Sequence record: SRR22947725_2636
Length of the DNA stretch: 48,446 bases
Direction: 5' to 3' (one strand)
Part shown: positions 22,205 to 32,658 of the stretch, one piece after another
Layout of the letters: every line of letters starts with the position of its first letter
Numbering within the stretch: position 1 is the first letter of the stretch
Notes under the pieces: generated by a model
What the model saw: only the letters and a program-made list of their open reading frames with translations
What the model was told of the DNA's origin: nothing
Databases searched by the model: none
Translations under genes and position numbers: made by a program

Positions 22205-23242
22205 ATGGATTTTTCTTTATTTGCTCATATGGAAAGAATAGACGAAGGTCAGTCTCAAAAAAGACTCTATGAAGAGTTTGTTGAACTTTGTCAAATAGCC
22301 GATAGGTCTGGCTTTAAAACAATATGGAATGGAGAGCATCACGGCATGAACTTTACGATTGCTCCAAACCCATTTGTGAATCTTGTTGATTTGGCTAACA
22401 AGACTGAAAATGTTAGACTCGGCACCGGTACTATTATTGCACCTTTTTGGCACCCTATAAAACTTGCTGAAGAGGCTGCAATGACGGATATTATTTCTGG
22501 GGGAAGACTTGAACTAGGGATTGCAAGAGGGGCATATTCTTTTGAGTACGATCGACTAGCTGATGGAATTGATCCGTTTTCTGCTGGAAACGCTTTAAGA
22601 GAAATTGTTCCAGCAATCAAAGCACTGTGGAAAGGCGACTATACTGGTGAAGGTGAGCACTGGTCATTTCCAAAAACTACTAGCTCGCCCAAACCTCAAC
22701 AAACTCCTAATCCACCAATTTGGATTGCGGCCAGGGATCAAAACTCACATGATTTTGCCTTAAAAGAAGGGTGTAATGTCCAAGTTACACCTCTTTGGTT
22801 TGGTGATGAAGAAGTCATTTCGCTAATGGAAAAATTTAACATAGCATGTGAAACACATAAAGAAATTAAGAGACCAAAAATAATGGTTTTACGCCATACA
22901 TTTGTTGCAGAAACTGAAGAAGAAATTTCTCAAGGCGCTAAAGATATTTCTCGCTTTTATTGTTATTTTGGTGCTTGGTTTAAAAATGAAAGGCCTGTTG
23001 AGCAAGGACTAATTGAGAGGCTTACAGATGAAGAGATGTCGAAACTTGAAATGTATTCTCCAGAAAATATGCGCAAAAATAGCATTATAGGCACACCGGA
23101 AGAGGTGATTAATCGGATCAAGCTATGTGAAGAACTTGGTTATGATGAATACAGTTATTGGATTGACAGCAGCATGGATTTTGAAACAAAAAAGAAATCA
23201 CTTCAGCTTTTTATTGACAAAGTCATGCCTGCATTTAACTAG
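22205..23242 (+). CDS. tgnB: Luciferase-like (LLM) flavin-dependent monooxygenase, TgnB-like trigonelline oxygenase
   Basis: FSLF.HMER, GEHH.MNFTIAPNPF, PFWHPIKLA, ARGAYSFEY, YFGAWFKNER, EYS.WID motifs, recalled as matching Acinetobacter TgnB. Confidence 0.8.
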   Translation: MDFSLFAHMERIDEGQSQKRLYEEFVELCQIADRSGFKTIWNGEHHGMNFTIAPNPFVNLVDLANKTENVRLGTGTIIAPFWHPIKLAEEAAMTDIISGGRLELGIARGAYSFEYDRLADGIDPFSAGNALREIVPAIKALWKGDYTGEGEHWSFPKTTSSPKPQQTPNPPIWIAARDQNSHDFALKEGCNVQVTPLWFGDEEVISLMEKFNIACETHKEIKRPKIMVLRHTFVAETEEEISQGAKDISRFYCYFGAWFKNERPVEQGLIERLTDEEMSKLEMYSPENMRKNSIIGTPEEVINRIKLCEELGYDEYSYWIDSSMDFETKKKSLQLFIDKVMPAFN

Positions 23243-23251
23243 ATAGGACAA

Positions 23252-24724
23252 ATGATGGAGCATTTTAAACACTACATTAATGGCAAATTCAGTGATGGAT
23301 CAGAACAATTTGAAACGTTGAATCCTGCAAATGGCAAACCTTGGGCTTCTTTTCCTGCTGCATCAGAACAAGAGTCAAACTCTGCAATTGAATCTGCACA
23401 CTCAGCCTTGTATGATGGCCCATGGTCAAAACTAAATGCAACACAAAGAGGTAAGTTAATTCACAAGCTTGGGGATTTAATTGCTGAGCATGCGTCAGAG
23501 CTTGGTGATCTTGAAACTCAAGATAGTGGCAAGCTAGCAGTTGAGACTCGAGCTCAATCTAGTTATGTAGCAGATTATTACTATTACTATGCTGGCTTAG
23601 CAGATAAAATCCAAGGCGAGGTTCTCCCAATTGACAAACCTGACATGCAGGTATTTACAACTCGTGAACCTATTGGTGTTGTTGTTGCTATTGTTCCATG
23701 GAATGCTCAACTTTTTCTAGCAGCTACTAAGATAGCGCCTGCCTTAGCTGCGGGCAATACTGTTGTAGTAAAAGCTTCTGAACAAGCACCTGCAGCACTA
23801 TTTAAATTTGCTGAGTTGGTTGACAAAAGCGGATTTCCTCCAGGAGTAATTAATATAATCACTGGTTTTCCTGAGCCTTGTGGCAGGGTTTTAACCACCC
23901 ATCCAAAAGTAGCAAGAATTGCTTTTACTGGAGGCACGGAAGTAGCTCGGCATATAATAAGAAATAGTGCAGAGAATTTTGCCCATGTTAGCCTTGAGCT
24001 AGGGGGAAAGTCACCGATGATAATATTCAAAGACTGTAATATTGAAGGTGCTGTTAATGGAATTATTGCTGGCAATTTTGGAGCGTCTGGACAAAGTTGT
24101 GTCGCTGGATCGCGTGTATTCATTCATAGGTCGATTCACTCAAAAATAATTGGATTAGTTAAGGAGCGTGCAAAGAGCATCGTTGTAGGTGATCCATTAG
24201 ACAGCAAAACTCAGGTTGGTCCACTTGCGACAGAACACCAAGTTGAAAGAGCTTCTAAAGTTGTTCAGAATTCTATTATTCAGGGAGCCAGTTTAGTTTT
24301 TGGTGGAAAAAAGCCGAGTCAACATAAAGAAGGTTGGTATTTTGAACCTACACTTCTAGATTGCCCTAATCAAGAATTTGATTGTGTCAAGACAGAGCTT
24401 TTTGCACCTGTTATTAGTGTCATTGCATTTGATACCGAAGAAGAAGCTATAGCTATGGCCAATGACTCAGACTATGGACTGGGATCTGGAGTTTTTACTG
24501 AAAATTTAGCGAGAGCTCATCGTGTCAGTTCAAAAATACACTCAGGAATTGTTTGGATAAATACGTATCGTGCAATCTCACCTATATCCCCTTTTGGTGG
24601 CTTTAAACAAAGCGGTGGCAGTCGCGAAGCTGGAATTGACGCGATTCATGAATATACTCGGACTAAAACAACATGGATAAATACCTCTTCAGAACCCATG
24701 AGCAACCCCTTTATAATGAGGTAG
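23252..24724 (+). CDS. tgnC: Aldehyde dehydrogenase family protein, TgnC-like
   Basis: IVPWN, FTGG, LELGGKSP (Glu), GQSCVAG (Cys), EL.F.PV-like ELFAPV; C-terminal MSNPFIMR; operon context. Confidence 0.75.
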   Translation: MMEHFKHYINGKFSDGSEQFETLNPANGKPWASFPAASEQESNSAIESAHSALYDGPWSKLNATQRGKLIHKLGDLIAEHASELGDLETQDSGKLAVETRAQSSYVADYYYYYAGLADKIQGEVLPIDKPDMQVFTTREPIGVVVAIVPWNAQLFLAATKIAPALAAGNTVVVKASEQAPAALFKFAELVDKSGFPPGVINIITGFPEPCGRVLTTHPKVARIAFTGGTEVARHIIRNSAENFAHVSLELGGKSPMIIFKDCNIEGAVNGIIAGNFGASGQSCVAGSRVFIHRSIHSKIIGLVKERAKSIVVGDPLDSKTQVGPLATEHQVERASKVVQNSIIQGASLVFGGKKPSQHKEGWYFEPTLLDCPNQEFDCVKTELFAPVISVIAFDTEEEAIAMANDSDYGLGSGVFTENLARAHRVSSKIHSGIVWINTYRAISPISPFGGFKQSGGSREAGIDAIHEYTRTKTTWINTSSEPMSNPFIMR

Positions 24725-24759
24725 TGAAATTAATAATATTGATGCAAGTGGAGTAAAAA

Positions 24760-25140
24760 ATGGATAAAAAATTATTTGAATTAGGCTTATCTAAGAGGAA
24801 GGCAACACTGGGGAAAGAATATGTTCAAAAAAACTTAGATGCTGCTGATGACTTTAATGAGGACTTTCAGAAACAAATGACTGAATGGTGCTGGGGATTT
24901 GGCTGGGGAGATGAAACTATTGACAAAAAAACAAGGTCAATGATGAACCTTACTATGCTTGCTGCGCTTGGAAAAATGGATGAGTGGGAAATACATCTTA
25001 AAGGTGCCCTAACGAATGGTGTAAGTAAAAACGAGATCAAATCAATTCTGCATGTGATTGCAATATACTGCGGCGTTCCTCAAGGTGTAGAGTGTTTTAA
25101 AGTTGCAAGAGGAGTTTTAGAGAAGGCAGGTGAAATCTGA
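24760..25140 (+). CDS. Carboxymuconolactone decarboxylase (CMD/AhpD) family accessory protein
   Basis: GL..RK..LG.EYV, TEWCWG..W, KTRSMMNL.ML.AL, H.KGAL.NGV, AIYCGVP. Confidence 0.85.
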   Translation: MDKKLFELGLSKRKATLGKEYVQKNLDAADDFNEDFQKQMTEWCWGFGWGDETIDKKTRSMMNLTMLAALGKMDEWEIHLKGALTNGVSKNEIKSILHVIAIYCGVPQGVECFKVARGVLEKAGEI

Positions 25141-25156
25141 CAAAACCTTTGCTAAT

Positions 25157-26062
25157 TTAACCTTGCTGAGAAGTTTTTTTTGAGACAGTCATTGCAACAG
25201 CAAATGCTATCAATATAACTCCTATTATTGACACAAAGTTCATAGTTTCTCCAAACAAATACCAAGCTTGGATAGCAACAAGAGCAGGCACTAGATAAAA
25301 GTAACTCCCAACTTTTGCAGAAGCATCTTGCTTGATCATTGTCATTAATAGAAGCACTGCACCAATTGAAAGCCCAAAAATTTGCCAACCTAAGGTAACA
25401 ATAAATGTACTAGTCCAATTTATTTCACCTGTCTCAAAATAAAATGATATAAAAACACACAGTATAAAAGCACCAAGGTATTGAATCAACGTACCACTAA
25501 TTAAATCCATTTCATTACAAAAGCGCTTTTGATAAATAGTACCTACTGAGATGCTAAATAGAGATCCAAATACAGCTAAAACTCCCCAAAAAGAAAAGTT
25601 AGTGAAAAAACCATCAAAACCAAAATCAAGTTTTTCAAATAAAATTAAATATAGTCCAATAATTCCTATTAATAAACCTAGCCATTGTCTAGTTGTGACC
25701 TTTTCATGGAGAATTATACCTGCTATAAATGCCATTCCAAGTGGCTGAAGACCGATAATCATAGCAGTAAGCCCTACAGATACTTCCCACTTAATCGCCT
25801 GAAAAACACCGCCAAGATAAATCCCATGAATTAATAAACCAGTTACCATTAAATGTATAAAAGCCAAGCCAGATTTTGGCCAAATGCTTTTATTGACCTG
25901 TGTGAATATAATCAGCACTATTAATGTTAGTCCATTACGATAAGATAACAAAGTGAAAGGCTCTGCGAATTGAAGGCCATATTTAGCAGCTACGAAACCT
26001 GTGCTCCAAATCAAAACAAATAGCCATGGAATTATTTTAGAGTTCATTCTAAGATCTCTCAT
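25157..26062 (-). CDS. EamA/DMT family transporter (alternative start 26047)
   Basis: FVLIWSTGF..AK.GL..AEPFT, GIYLGGVF.A, GLQP, GTIYQKRF, FYLVP; about 10 TM segments. Confidence 0.92.
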   Translation of the reverse strand: MRDLRMNSKIIPWLFVLIWSTGFVAAKYGLQFAEPFTLLSYRNGLTLIVLIIFTQVNKSIWPKSGLAFIHLMVTGLLIHGIYLGGVFQAIKWEVSVGLTAMIIGLQPLGMAFIAGIILHEKVTTRQWLGLLIGIIGLYLILFEKLDFGFDGFFTNFSFWGVLAVFGSLFSISVGTIYQKRFCNEMDLISGTLIQYLGAFILCVFISFYFETGEINWTSTFIVTLGWQIFGLSIGAVLLLMTMIKQDASAKVGSYFYLVPALVAIQAWYLFGETMNFVSIIGVILIAFAVAMTVSKKTSQQG

Positions 26063-26224
26063 TTAGTTATCTATTTGTCAGATCTTTCATTAATTTAGAA
26101 TAGACAAATTACTGAATTATTTAAATTTTATTTTTATACAGAAACACTAGACTTAGAACAATCCTAACATAAGAGAAAGCTTCATTAGACTATAATTAGA
26201 TTTATCATTTTCCAAGTAAGTTTT

Positions 26225-28072
26225 ATGAAGCATTTTTGTGTCACAATTCTACTGATATTACTAAATATTTTTTCTCAAACATCTGCAGAAACTAATACAG
26301 TTTTAAATGATACAAGCAAAGCGACTAATGCAACTTCATCATCGTTAATTCTTGATAGTGATGGCTCATCGGACTTAGGTCGGCCTGTTCCAGTTAATGA
26401 AGCTTTTGAGTTAAGCGCTATCTTAACTGGATCTCATTCACTTTCAGTTAAATGGAACATAAAAAAGAATTACTATCTTTACCAAGACAAAATCTCATTT
26501 GCAGTTGAAGAAGCAACAATTAAAAACGTTGTATACCCGGAGGCAACAATTAAAAACGATGAATTTTTTGGAGAAGTCAGCGTTTATACCTCTCCTTTAG
26601 AGATTCAAATTGAAGTTGAGGATGAGCTAAGTCCTTTCGTAATATTGACAGTTGAACATCAAGGGTGCTGGGAGGGTGGAGTATGCTACCCACCTCAAGT
26701 TGACAGACTCAAAGTTAGCACCACAGGTGCAGAAAGGATAACAGGTTCTGACAGACCAACAGCAACCGATTCAGAAAAAATCACCTCTAAAAAATTCGAG
26801 CAAGGAGGCATTACTCTATTTTTAGCAGCCTTTCTAGCCGGTCTCGCTTTGTCTTGGACTCCTTGTGTATATCCAATGGTTCCAATCTTATCTGGGATTA
26901 TTATTGGACAGAAAGAGGCCCCTAGCAATCTAAATGCAATCTTAATGTCGGTCACATTTGTCTTTTCAATGTCCCTCGCTTATGGTTTAATCGGTGCTTC
27001 TGCTGGCTACTTTGGAGCTGGAATAAACCTACAAGCTGTGATGCAAACACCCTGGATCTTATTTGTTTCCAGCTTAATCTTTATTGCTCTAGCCCTCTCC
27101 ATGTTTGGCCTTTATAATATTCAGCTGCCCTCAAAAATTCAAACTAAGCTCACAAACCTAAGCAATGCACAATCTGGTGGAAGCTTTGTTGGCGTTAGCA
27201 TAATGGGCTTTCTTTCTGCTTTAATTGTTGGGCCTTGTGTGACGCCATTTCTTGCAACCGCCTTAAGCTATGTTATTGCTGGTGGAAGTGCCGCTAAAGG
27301 CGGCGCAAGTCTTTTTGCCATGGGCCTTGGCATGGGTGTGCCACTAATAATAATTTGCGGCTGGGGCGTCAATACACTTCCAAAAGCAGGGGCATGGATG
27401 GAAAACGTCAAACGAGTCTTTGGGTTTGCAATGATAGCTGTTGCCCTTTACCTTTTAGATCGAATCTTATATCCTTTTTTATCACTTATTCTTTGGGCAT
27501 TATTATTTTCAGTGGCACCAGTTATGCTTGGTGTTTTCACAAATTTAAACAAATCAATTTCTCCTCTAAACATCTTATTCAAGCTACTTTCTCTGGCCGT
27601 TCTAGCTTATGGATTGATGTTATGGTTTCTTGTTGCAAAGGGAAATGGAGATGTTCAGCAACCACTAGATTCAATCATATATGGTGATAAAATTGATATA
27701 TCAAATAGCATCAAATTTCAAATAATTAATGATGAAGAGCGTCTCGATAATTTAATTTTAAGCACTAATGAAAACAACAAAATGCTTGTTATTAAATTCT
27801 ATGCCGAATGGTGTATAGCTTGCAACAAGATGGAAAGGGTAGTTTTTACAGACACTCTTGTCAGTCAATCACTTAGAGGCTCTCAAGCCTATACAGTTGA
27901 TGTCACTGATAATAACGCCTTTAGTCAGTCAATATTATCAAGGTTCTCTCTCTTTGGGCCGCCAGCAATCTTATATTTCAAGAATGGAAAAGAATTGAGG
28001 GATCAGAGAATTATTGGTGAAGTGAATGCAGCAGAGCTTACAAAACACATAAATAACATAAATTCGTTGTAA
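26225..28072 (+). CDS. dsbD: Thiol:disulfide interchange protein DsbD
   Basis: QGCWEGGVCYPP (alpha domain), TPCVYPM and GPCVTP (beta), WCIAC (thioredoxin gamma). Confidence 0.96.
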   Translation: MKHFCVTILLILLNIFSQTSAETNTVLNDTSKATNATSSSLILDSDGSSDLGRPVPVNEAFELSAILTGSHSLSVKWNIKKNYYLYQDKISFAVEEATIKNVVYPEATIKNDEFFGEVSVYTSPLEIQIEVEDELSPFVILTVEHQGCWEGGVCYPPQVDRLKVSTTGAERITGSDRPTATDSEKITSKKFEQGGITLFLAAFLAGLALSWTPCVYPMVPILSGIIIGQKEAPSNLNAILMSVTFVFSMSLAYGLIGASAGYFGAGINLQAVMQTPWILFVSSLIFIALALSMFGLYNIQLPSKIQTKLTNLSNAQSGGSFVGVSIMGFLSALIVGPCVTPFLATALSYVIAGGSAAKGGASLFAMGLGMGVPLIIICGWGVNTLPKAGAWMENVKRVFGFAMIAVALYLLDRILYPFLSLILWALLFSVAPVMLGVFTNLNKSISPLNILFKLLSLAVLAYGLMLWFLVAKGNGDVQQPLDSIIYGDKIDISNSIKFQIINDEERLDNLILSTNENNKMLVIKFYAEWCIACNKMERVVFTDTLVSQSLRGSQAYTVDVTDNNAFSQSILSRFSLFGPPAILYFKNGKELRDQRIIGEVNAAELTKHINNINSL

Positions 28073-28284
28073 GCCCATTTTCCTCTAAATGCCTCTAAAT
28101 GTGGCTATTTTTTGCTATATAGCTGGTAAAATACTTAAACTTAATACTTAATAAAGAATCACATCTTTAGGCTTATCTTTAATATTTCTAAGCCAAAACA
28201 TGTACTTATAACATTTATAGCTTGCAAGCTAGTTTGATATATTTAAGTTTTAAATAACAGTTAATAAAATAAAAAGGAGCGTCA

Positions 28285-28740
28285 ATGGATATTCGAAAAG
28301 TTAAAAAATTAATGGAGCTTCTGGAAGAATCTGGAATGTCAGAGATTGAAATTAAGGAGGGTGAAGAGTCCGTAAAAATCTCAAGATATGGCAACTCCCC
28401 AGCTCCTGCCCAGCATCCAATCCAATCTTTTGTTCAGCAGCAAGCTCCTGTTAGCTCCGCTCCCACCTCACAAACAGCAAGCCCAAATGAACAGCCTCAA
28501 GAAACTGGCCAATCTGTAACGTCTCCAATGGTTGGAACATTCTATTCTGCCCCATCTCCAACGGCAAAACCATTTGTGTCAATTGGACAAAAAATCAATC
28601 AGGGAGATACAGTTGGAATTATTGAGGCAATGAAAATAATGAATCAAATAGAGTCTGACCAATCTGGGACAGTGATTGAGATTCTTGTGAAAGATGGTGA
28701 AGCAGTTGAATTTGGACAATCACTAATAGTTGTAGAATGA
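28285..28740 (+). CDS. accB: Acetyl-CoA carboxylase biotin carboxyl carrier protein
   Basis: [24 protein letters not shown] biotinylation motif. Confidence 0.98.
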   Translation: MDIRKVKKLMELLEESGMSEIEIKEGEESVKISRYGNSPAPAQHPIQSFVQQQAPVSSAPTSQTASPNEQPQETGQSVTSPMVGTFYSAPSPTAKPFVSIGQKINQGDTVGIIEAMKIMNQIESDQSGTVIEILVKDGEAVEFGQSLIVVE

Positions 28741-30089
28741 GCTCAATTAAAAAAGTTTTAATCGCAAATCGTGGCGAAATTGCTCTGCGTATTCTTAGGG
28801 CTTGTAAGGAGCTTGGCATTCAAACAGTTGCTGTTTATTCAACTGCAGATAAAGACTTAAAGCATGTTAGGCTAGCTGATGAAGCTGTATGTATTGGCCC
28901 CCACCCATCAATCAAAAGCTACTTAAACATTCCAGCAATTATTAGTGCTGCTGAGCTGACCCACTCTGATGCAATTCATCCTGGCTATGGCTTTCTTTCA
29001 GAGAATGCTGATTTTGCAGATCAAGTTGAACAAAGTGGCTTTATATTTATTGGTCCTAGAGCTGAAAACATAAGAGTTATGGGTGACAAAGTTGCTGCTA
29101 TTGAAGCAATGAAAAGTTCAGGTGTTCCTTGTGTGCCAGGTTCTGATGGTGCACTTGATGACAATGAAAAAAGAAGCGTTAAAATTGCAAAAGAAATTGG
29201 TCTACCAATAATTATTAAAGCTTCGGGCGGTGGTGGTGGTCGAGGCATGAGAGTCGTTGAAGAAGAAAAAGATTTGGCTGACTCAATTCAACTTACAAAG
29301 TCTGAAGCATTAAGCTTTTTTGGAAATGGTGAAGTCTATATGGAAAAATTTCTGACAACACCTCGCCATGTTGAGATACAAGTCCTTGCTGACCAGCATG
29401 GCAACGCTATTCATCTTGGTGAGAGAGATTGCTCTATGCAAAGGAGGCATCAGAAAGTAGTTGAAGAAGCTCCAGCTCCTGGAATCTCTTCAGAACTTAG
29501 AAATAAGATTGGCAATATTTGTGCTGAAGCATGTAAAAAAATTAATTACCGTGGTGCGGGTACCTTTGAGTTTCTTTTTGATAATGATGAGTTTTACTTT
29601 ATTGAAATGAACACTAGGGTTCAAGTTGAACACCCCGTAACAGAAATGATTACGGGCGTTGATATTGTTCGAGAACAAATTTTAATCGCTGGTGGGGACA
29701 AATTGTCTTATGAGCAGAGTGATATAAAAATCCGTGGCCATGCAATTGAATGCAGAATTAATGCAGAAGACCCCGAGAGCTTTATGCCTTCTCCTGGAAA
29801 AATTACCCAGTATCATGCTGCAGGTGGTCTCGGGGTTAGGATAGACTCTCATATCTACAACGGATATAATGTGCCGCCCCACTATGATTCAATGATTGGG
29901 AAGGTGATTACATATGGCGATAATAGAATTAATGCGATTATAAAAATGCAAAATGCGCTTGATGAGATGGTGATAGATGGCATCAAAACCAATATTCCTC
30001 TTCAAAGAAAAATTATGGTTGACAAGGTTTTTCAAAAAGGTGGGATGAATATACACTATCTTGAAAAGATGCTTGGAGATGAAAAATGA
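28737..30089 (+). CDS. accC: Biotin carboxylase
   Basis: [46 protein letters not shown]. Confidence 0.98.
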   Translation: MSSIKKVLIANRGEIALRILRACKELGIQTVAVYSTADKDLKHVRLADEAVCIGPHPSIKSYLNIPAIISAAELTHSDAIHPGYGFLSENADFADQVEQSGFIFIGPRAENIRVMGDKVAAIEAMKSSGVPCVPGSDGALDDNEKRSVKIAKEIGLPIIIKASGGGGGRGMRVVEEEKDLADSIQLTKSEALSFFGNGEVYMEKFLTTPRHVEIQVLADQHGNAIHLGERDCSMQRRHQKVVEEAPAPGISSELRNKIGNICAEACKKINYRGAGTFEFLFDNDEFYFIEMNTRVQVEHPVTEMITGVDIVREQILIAGGDKLSYEQSDIKIRGHAIECRINAEDPESFMPSPGKITQYHAAGGLGVRIDSHIYNGYNVPPHYDSMIGKVITYGDNRINAIIKMQNALDEMVIDGIKTNIPLQRKIMVDKVFQKGGMNIHYLEKMLGDEK

Positions 30090-31120
30090 AAATCAAAGTT
30101 GGAATAATTGGGGGCTCAGGTTACACTGGCATTGAGCTTTTACGAATCATACATCAACATCCCAACGCAGAGGTTCATGCAATTACCTCAAGAGCGCTTG
30201 AGGGCAGAAAGATCTCTGAAGTTTTTCCTAATATGCATGGAATATCTGAGCTAACTTATCTTCTTCCTGATGATAATAGGCTATTTGAATGCGACATTGT
30301 ATTTTTTGCTACACCACATGGCGTTGCAATGAACAATGCAGCACTTTTTTTGGAAAAAAATATTAAAGTTGTTGACCTGGGAGCAGACTTCAGGATCACC
30401 AATGCAACTACCTGGTCTGACTGGTACAAGATGGAACATACTCAAGAATCTCTTCTTAAAGAAGCCGTTTATGGTCAACCAGAAATGAAAAGAGATGCCA
30501 TTAAAGATGCTCGGCTAGTTGCAAATCCAGGCTGCTATCCAACAGCAGTTCTTTTAGCATTAAAACCACTCCTTCAAAATAACCTAATAGATACGTCAAA
30601 TATAATTGCGGACTGCAAGTCAGGTACAAGTGGTGCTGGCCGGATTGCAAACCAAGCTACTCTTTTTTGTGAAATTACTGAAAGCTTTAAGCCTTATGGG
30701 GTTAGTGGACATAGGCATTTTCCTGAAATCAAACAAGAAATAGAGTCAATGACTGAATCACCAGTTGGCCTGACATTTACCCCTCATTTGCTTCCAATGA
30801 GTCGTGGGATTGAAGCTACAATTTATGTTGACTTAATAGACTCAGATATCGATATATTGGCATGCTTCGAAAATGCCTATGAAAACGAAGAATTTGTTAA
30901 AATATTGCCTGAAGGTGTCTACCCTGAAACCCGTTCAGTTAAATCTTCTAACTATTGCCAGATCTCAGTTCAGTATGTTGAACATAGCAATAAGCTTGTT
31001 ATTATGTCTGTAATCGACAATTTAGGTAAGGGAGCAGCTGGACAAGCAATTCAAAATATGAATTTAATGTTTGGACTAAACGAACAGGAAGGACTCAAAC
31101 AAATCGGACTTTTGCCGTAA
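30086..31120 (+). CDS. argC: N-acetyl-gamma-glutamyl-phosphate reductase
   Basis: [44 protein letters not shown]. Confidence 0.98.
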   Translation: MKIKVGIIGGSGYTGIELLRIIHQHPNAEVHAITSRALEGRKISEVFPNMHGISELTYLLPDDNRLFECDIVFFATPHGVAMNNAALFLEKNIKVVDLGADFRITNATTWSDWYKMEHTQESLLKEAVYGQPEMKRDAIKDARLVANPGCYPTAVLLALKPLLQNNLIDTSNIIADCKSGTSGAGRIANQATLFCEITESFKPYGVSGHRHFPEIKQEIESMTESPVGLTFTPHLLPMSRGIEATIYVDLIDSDIDILACFENAYENEEFVKILPEGVYPETRSVKSSNYCQISVQYVEHSNKLVIMSVIDNLGKGAAGQAIQNMNLMFGLNEQEGLKQIGLLP

Positions 31121-31154
31121 TTATTTGACTAATAGATTTACTCGGAGATAACCC

Positions 31155-31508
31155 ATGGTTGCCACTGAAATACAAGACGAAGCTGACATAGTTTTTAGTG
31201 ATAGTGCTGCTAATCGAGTTGCACAGCTAATCAAAGAAGAGAAGAATCCTTCTTTGCGACTGCGTGTCTATATTACTGGTGGAGGCTGTTCTGGTTTCTC
31301 TTATGGATTTACCTTTGATGAAAACCTCAAAGAGGGAGATAGTGGAGTTAACAAACAAGGCGTTGAGCTAGTAATTGACCCAATGAGCTATCAATATCTG
31401 ATGGGCTCAACAGTAGATTACTTAGAGGATCTTCAAGGCGCAAGGTTTATTGTAAGCAACCCAAATGCCAAAACCACTTGTGGTTGTGGCTCTTCTTTTT
31501 CAATTTAA
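31155..31508 (+). CDS. erpA: Iron-sulfur cluster insertion protein ErpA
   Basis: [39 protein letters not shown]; argC-erpA synteny. Confidence 0.95.
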   Translation: MVATEIQDEADIVFSDSAANRVAQLIKEEKNPSLRLRVYITGGGCSGFSYGFTFDENLKEGDSGVNKQGVELVIDPMSYQYLMGSTVDYLEDLQGARFIVSNPNAKTTCGCGSSFSI

Positions 31509-31519
31509 AAACTAATTAT

Positions 31520-32656
31520 ATGACTGAATACATTCCAGGCCTAGCAGGCGTTCCAGCAACCAAATCATCCATTTCTTCAATTGATGGAGAAAAGGGAATA
31601 CTTGCCTACAGAGGCTACTCAATACAAGACCTTGTTGAGCACTCCTCATTTGAAGAAACTGCACTTTTATTAATGAATGGAGAACTTCCATCTCCGCAAG
31701 AGCTGACAAACTTTAAAAATACCCTAAACAAACGCAATGAAGTAAAACGCAAAATTCGCCATTTGCTTTGGTCGCTTCCTTCAACTGGACACTCAATGGA
31801 CGTGCTTCAAACTGCTATCGCATCTATGGCCACTTTCTATCCTGATGCTGGAGCTTCTGAACCAGATTCGTCTTACACTCAAAACGCTCTAATCAAAATA
31901 ATATCCAATATGAGCACCTTAGTTGCTATGTGGACTCGAATCAGTAGAGGTTATGATCCAATTCCGCCAAGTAAATCAATGACTTATGCGGAAAACTTTA
32001 TGTACATGTGTTTTGGAGAGGAGTCTGACCCAGAAATTGTAAACCTATTAGATGCCTCATTAATTTTGCACGCTGAACACACAATCAATGCCTCAACTTT
32101 TTCTACTATGGTGACGGCGTCCTCACTTGCCAACCCTTTTGCCTCAATTGCTGCAGGAGTTGGAACGCTTGCGGGGCCTTTACATGGAAATGCAAATGAA
32201 AATGTACTTATTATGCTCGATGAAATTGGCTCTCCAAAGAATGCTCGTAAATGGATTGAAGATAGGCTCAAAAATAAACAAGTCATCTGGGGAATGGGTC
32301 ATCGCGAGTATAAAACTAAAGATCCTAGGGCAACAATTCTTGAGAAAATGATTAAGACTTATATCAAGAAAAATGGCCTCAAACTCTCTAACCGCTTTGA
32401 AACAGCGCTTGAGGTTGAAAGCATCTGCAACGAGCTTCTATCTCAAAAGGGGGTTTACCCTAACGTAGACTTTTACTCGGGAATCCTGTATTCAGAGATT
32501 TTTAATTTTACTAAAGAGCACTTTACTTCTATTTTTGCTATGGCGCGCTCTGCAGGGTGGGTGGCTCATTGGCATGAACAAGTGAGCGATAATAGAATAT
32601 TTAGGCCAACTCAAATATATATTGGGGCTGATTTTAGGGATTACCCCGCACAATAG
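31520..32656 (+). CDS. gltA: Citrate synthase, short 378-aa form
   Basis: [57 protein letters not shown] at 31520 preferred because the ORF-track start overlaps erpA. Confidence 0.92.
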   Translation: MTEYIPGLAGVPATKSSISSIDGEKGILAYRGYSIQDLVEHSSFEETALLLMNGELPSPQELTNFKNTLNKRNEVKRKIRHLLWSLPSTGHSMDVLQTAIASMATFYPDAGASEPDSSYTQNALIKIISNMSTLVAMWTRISRGYDPIPPSKSMTYAENFMYMCFGEESDPEIVNLLDASLILHAEHTINASTFSTMVTASSLANPFASIAAGVGTLAGPLHGNANENVLIMLDEIGSPKNARKWIEDRLKNKQVIWGMGHREYKTKDPRATILEKMIKTYIKKNGLKLSNRFETALEVESICNELLSQKGVYPNVDFYSGILYSEIFNFTKEHFTSIFAMARSAGWVAHWHEQVSDNRIFRPTQIYIGADFRDYPAQ

Positions 32657-32658
32657 AA

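Noticed and set aside
24760-25140. pcaC / protocatechuate (beta-ketoadipate) pathway interpretation of the CMD and hydrolase genes
   Set aside because: No ring-cleavage dioxygenase or cycloisomerase; context fits the Tgn-type cluster better
31478-31519. ORF-track N-terminal extension of citrate synthase
   Set aside because: Overlaps the erpA 3' end; family similarity starts at ATG 31520
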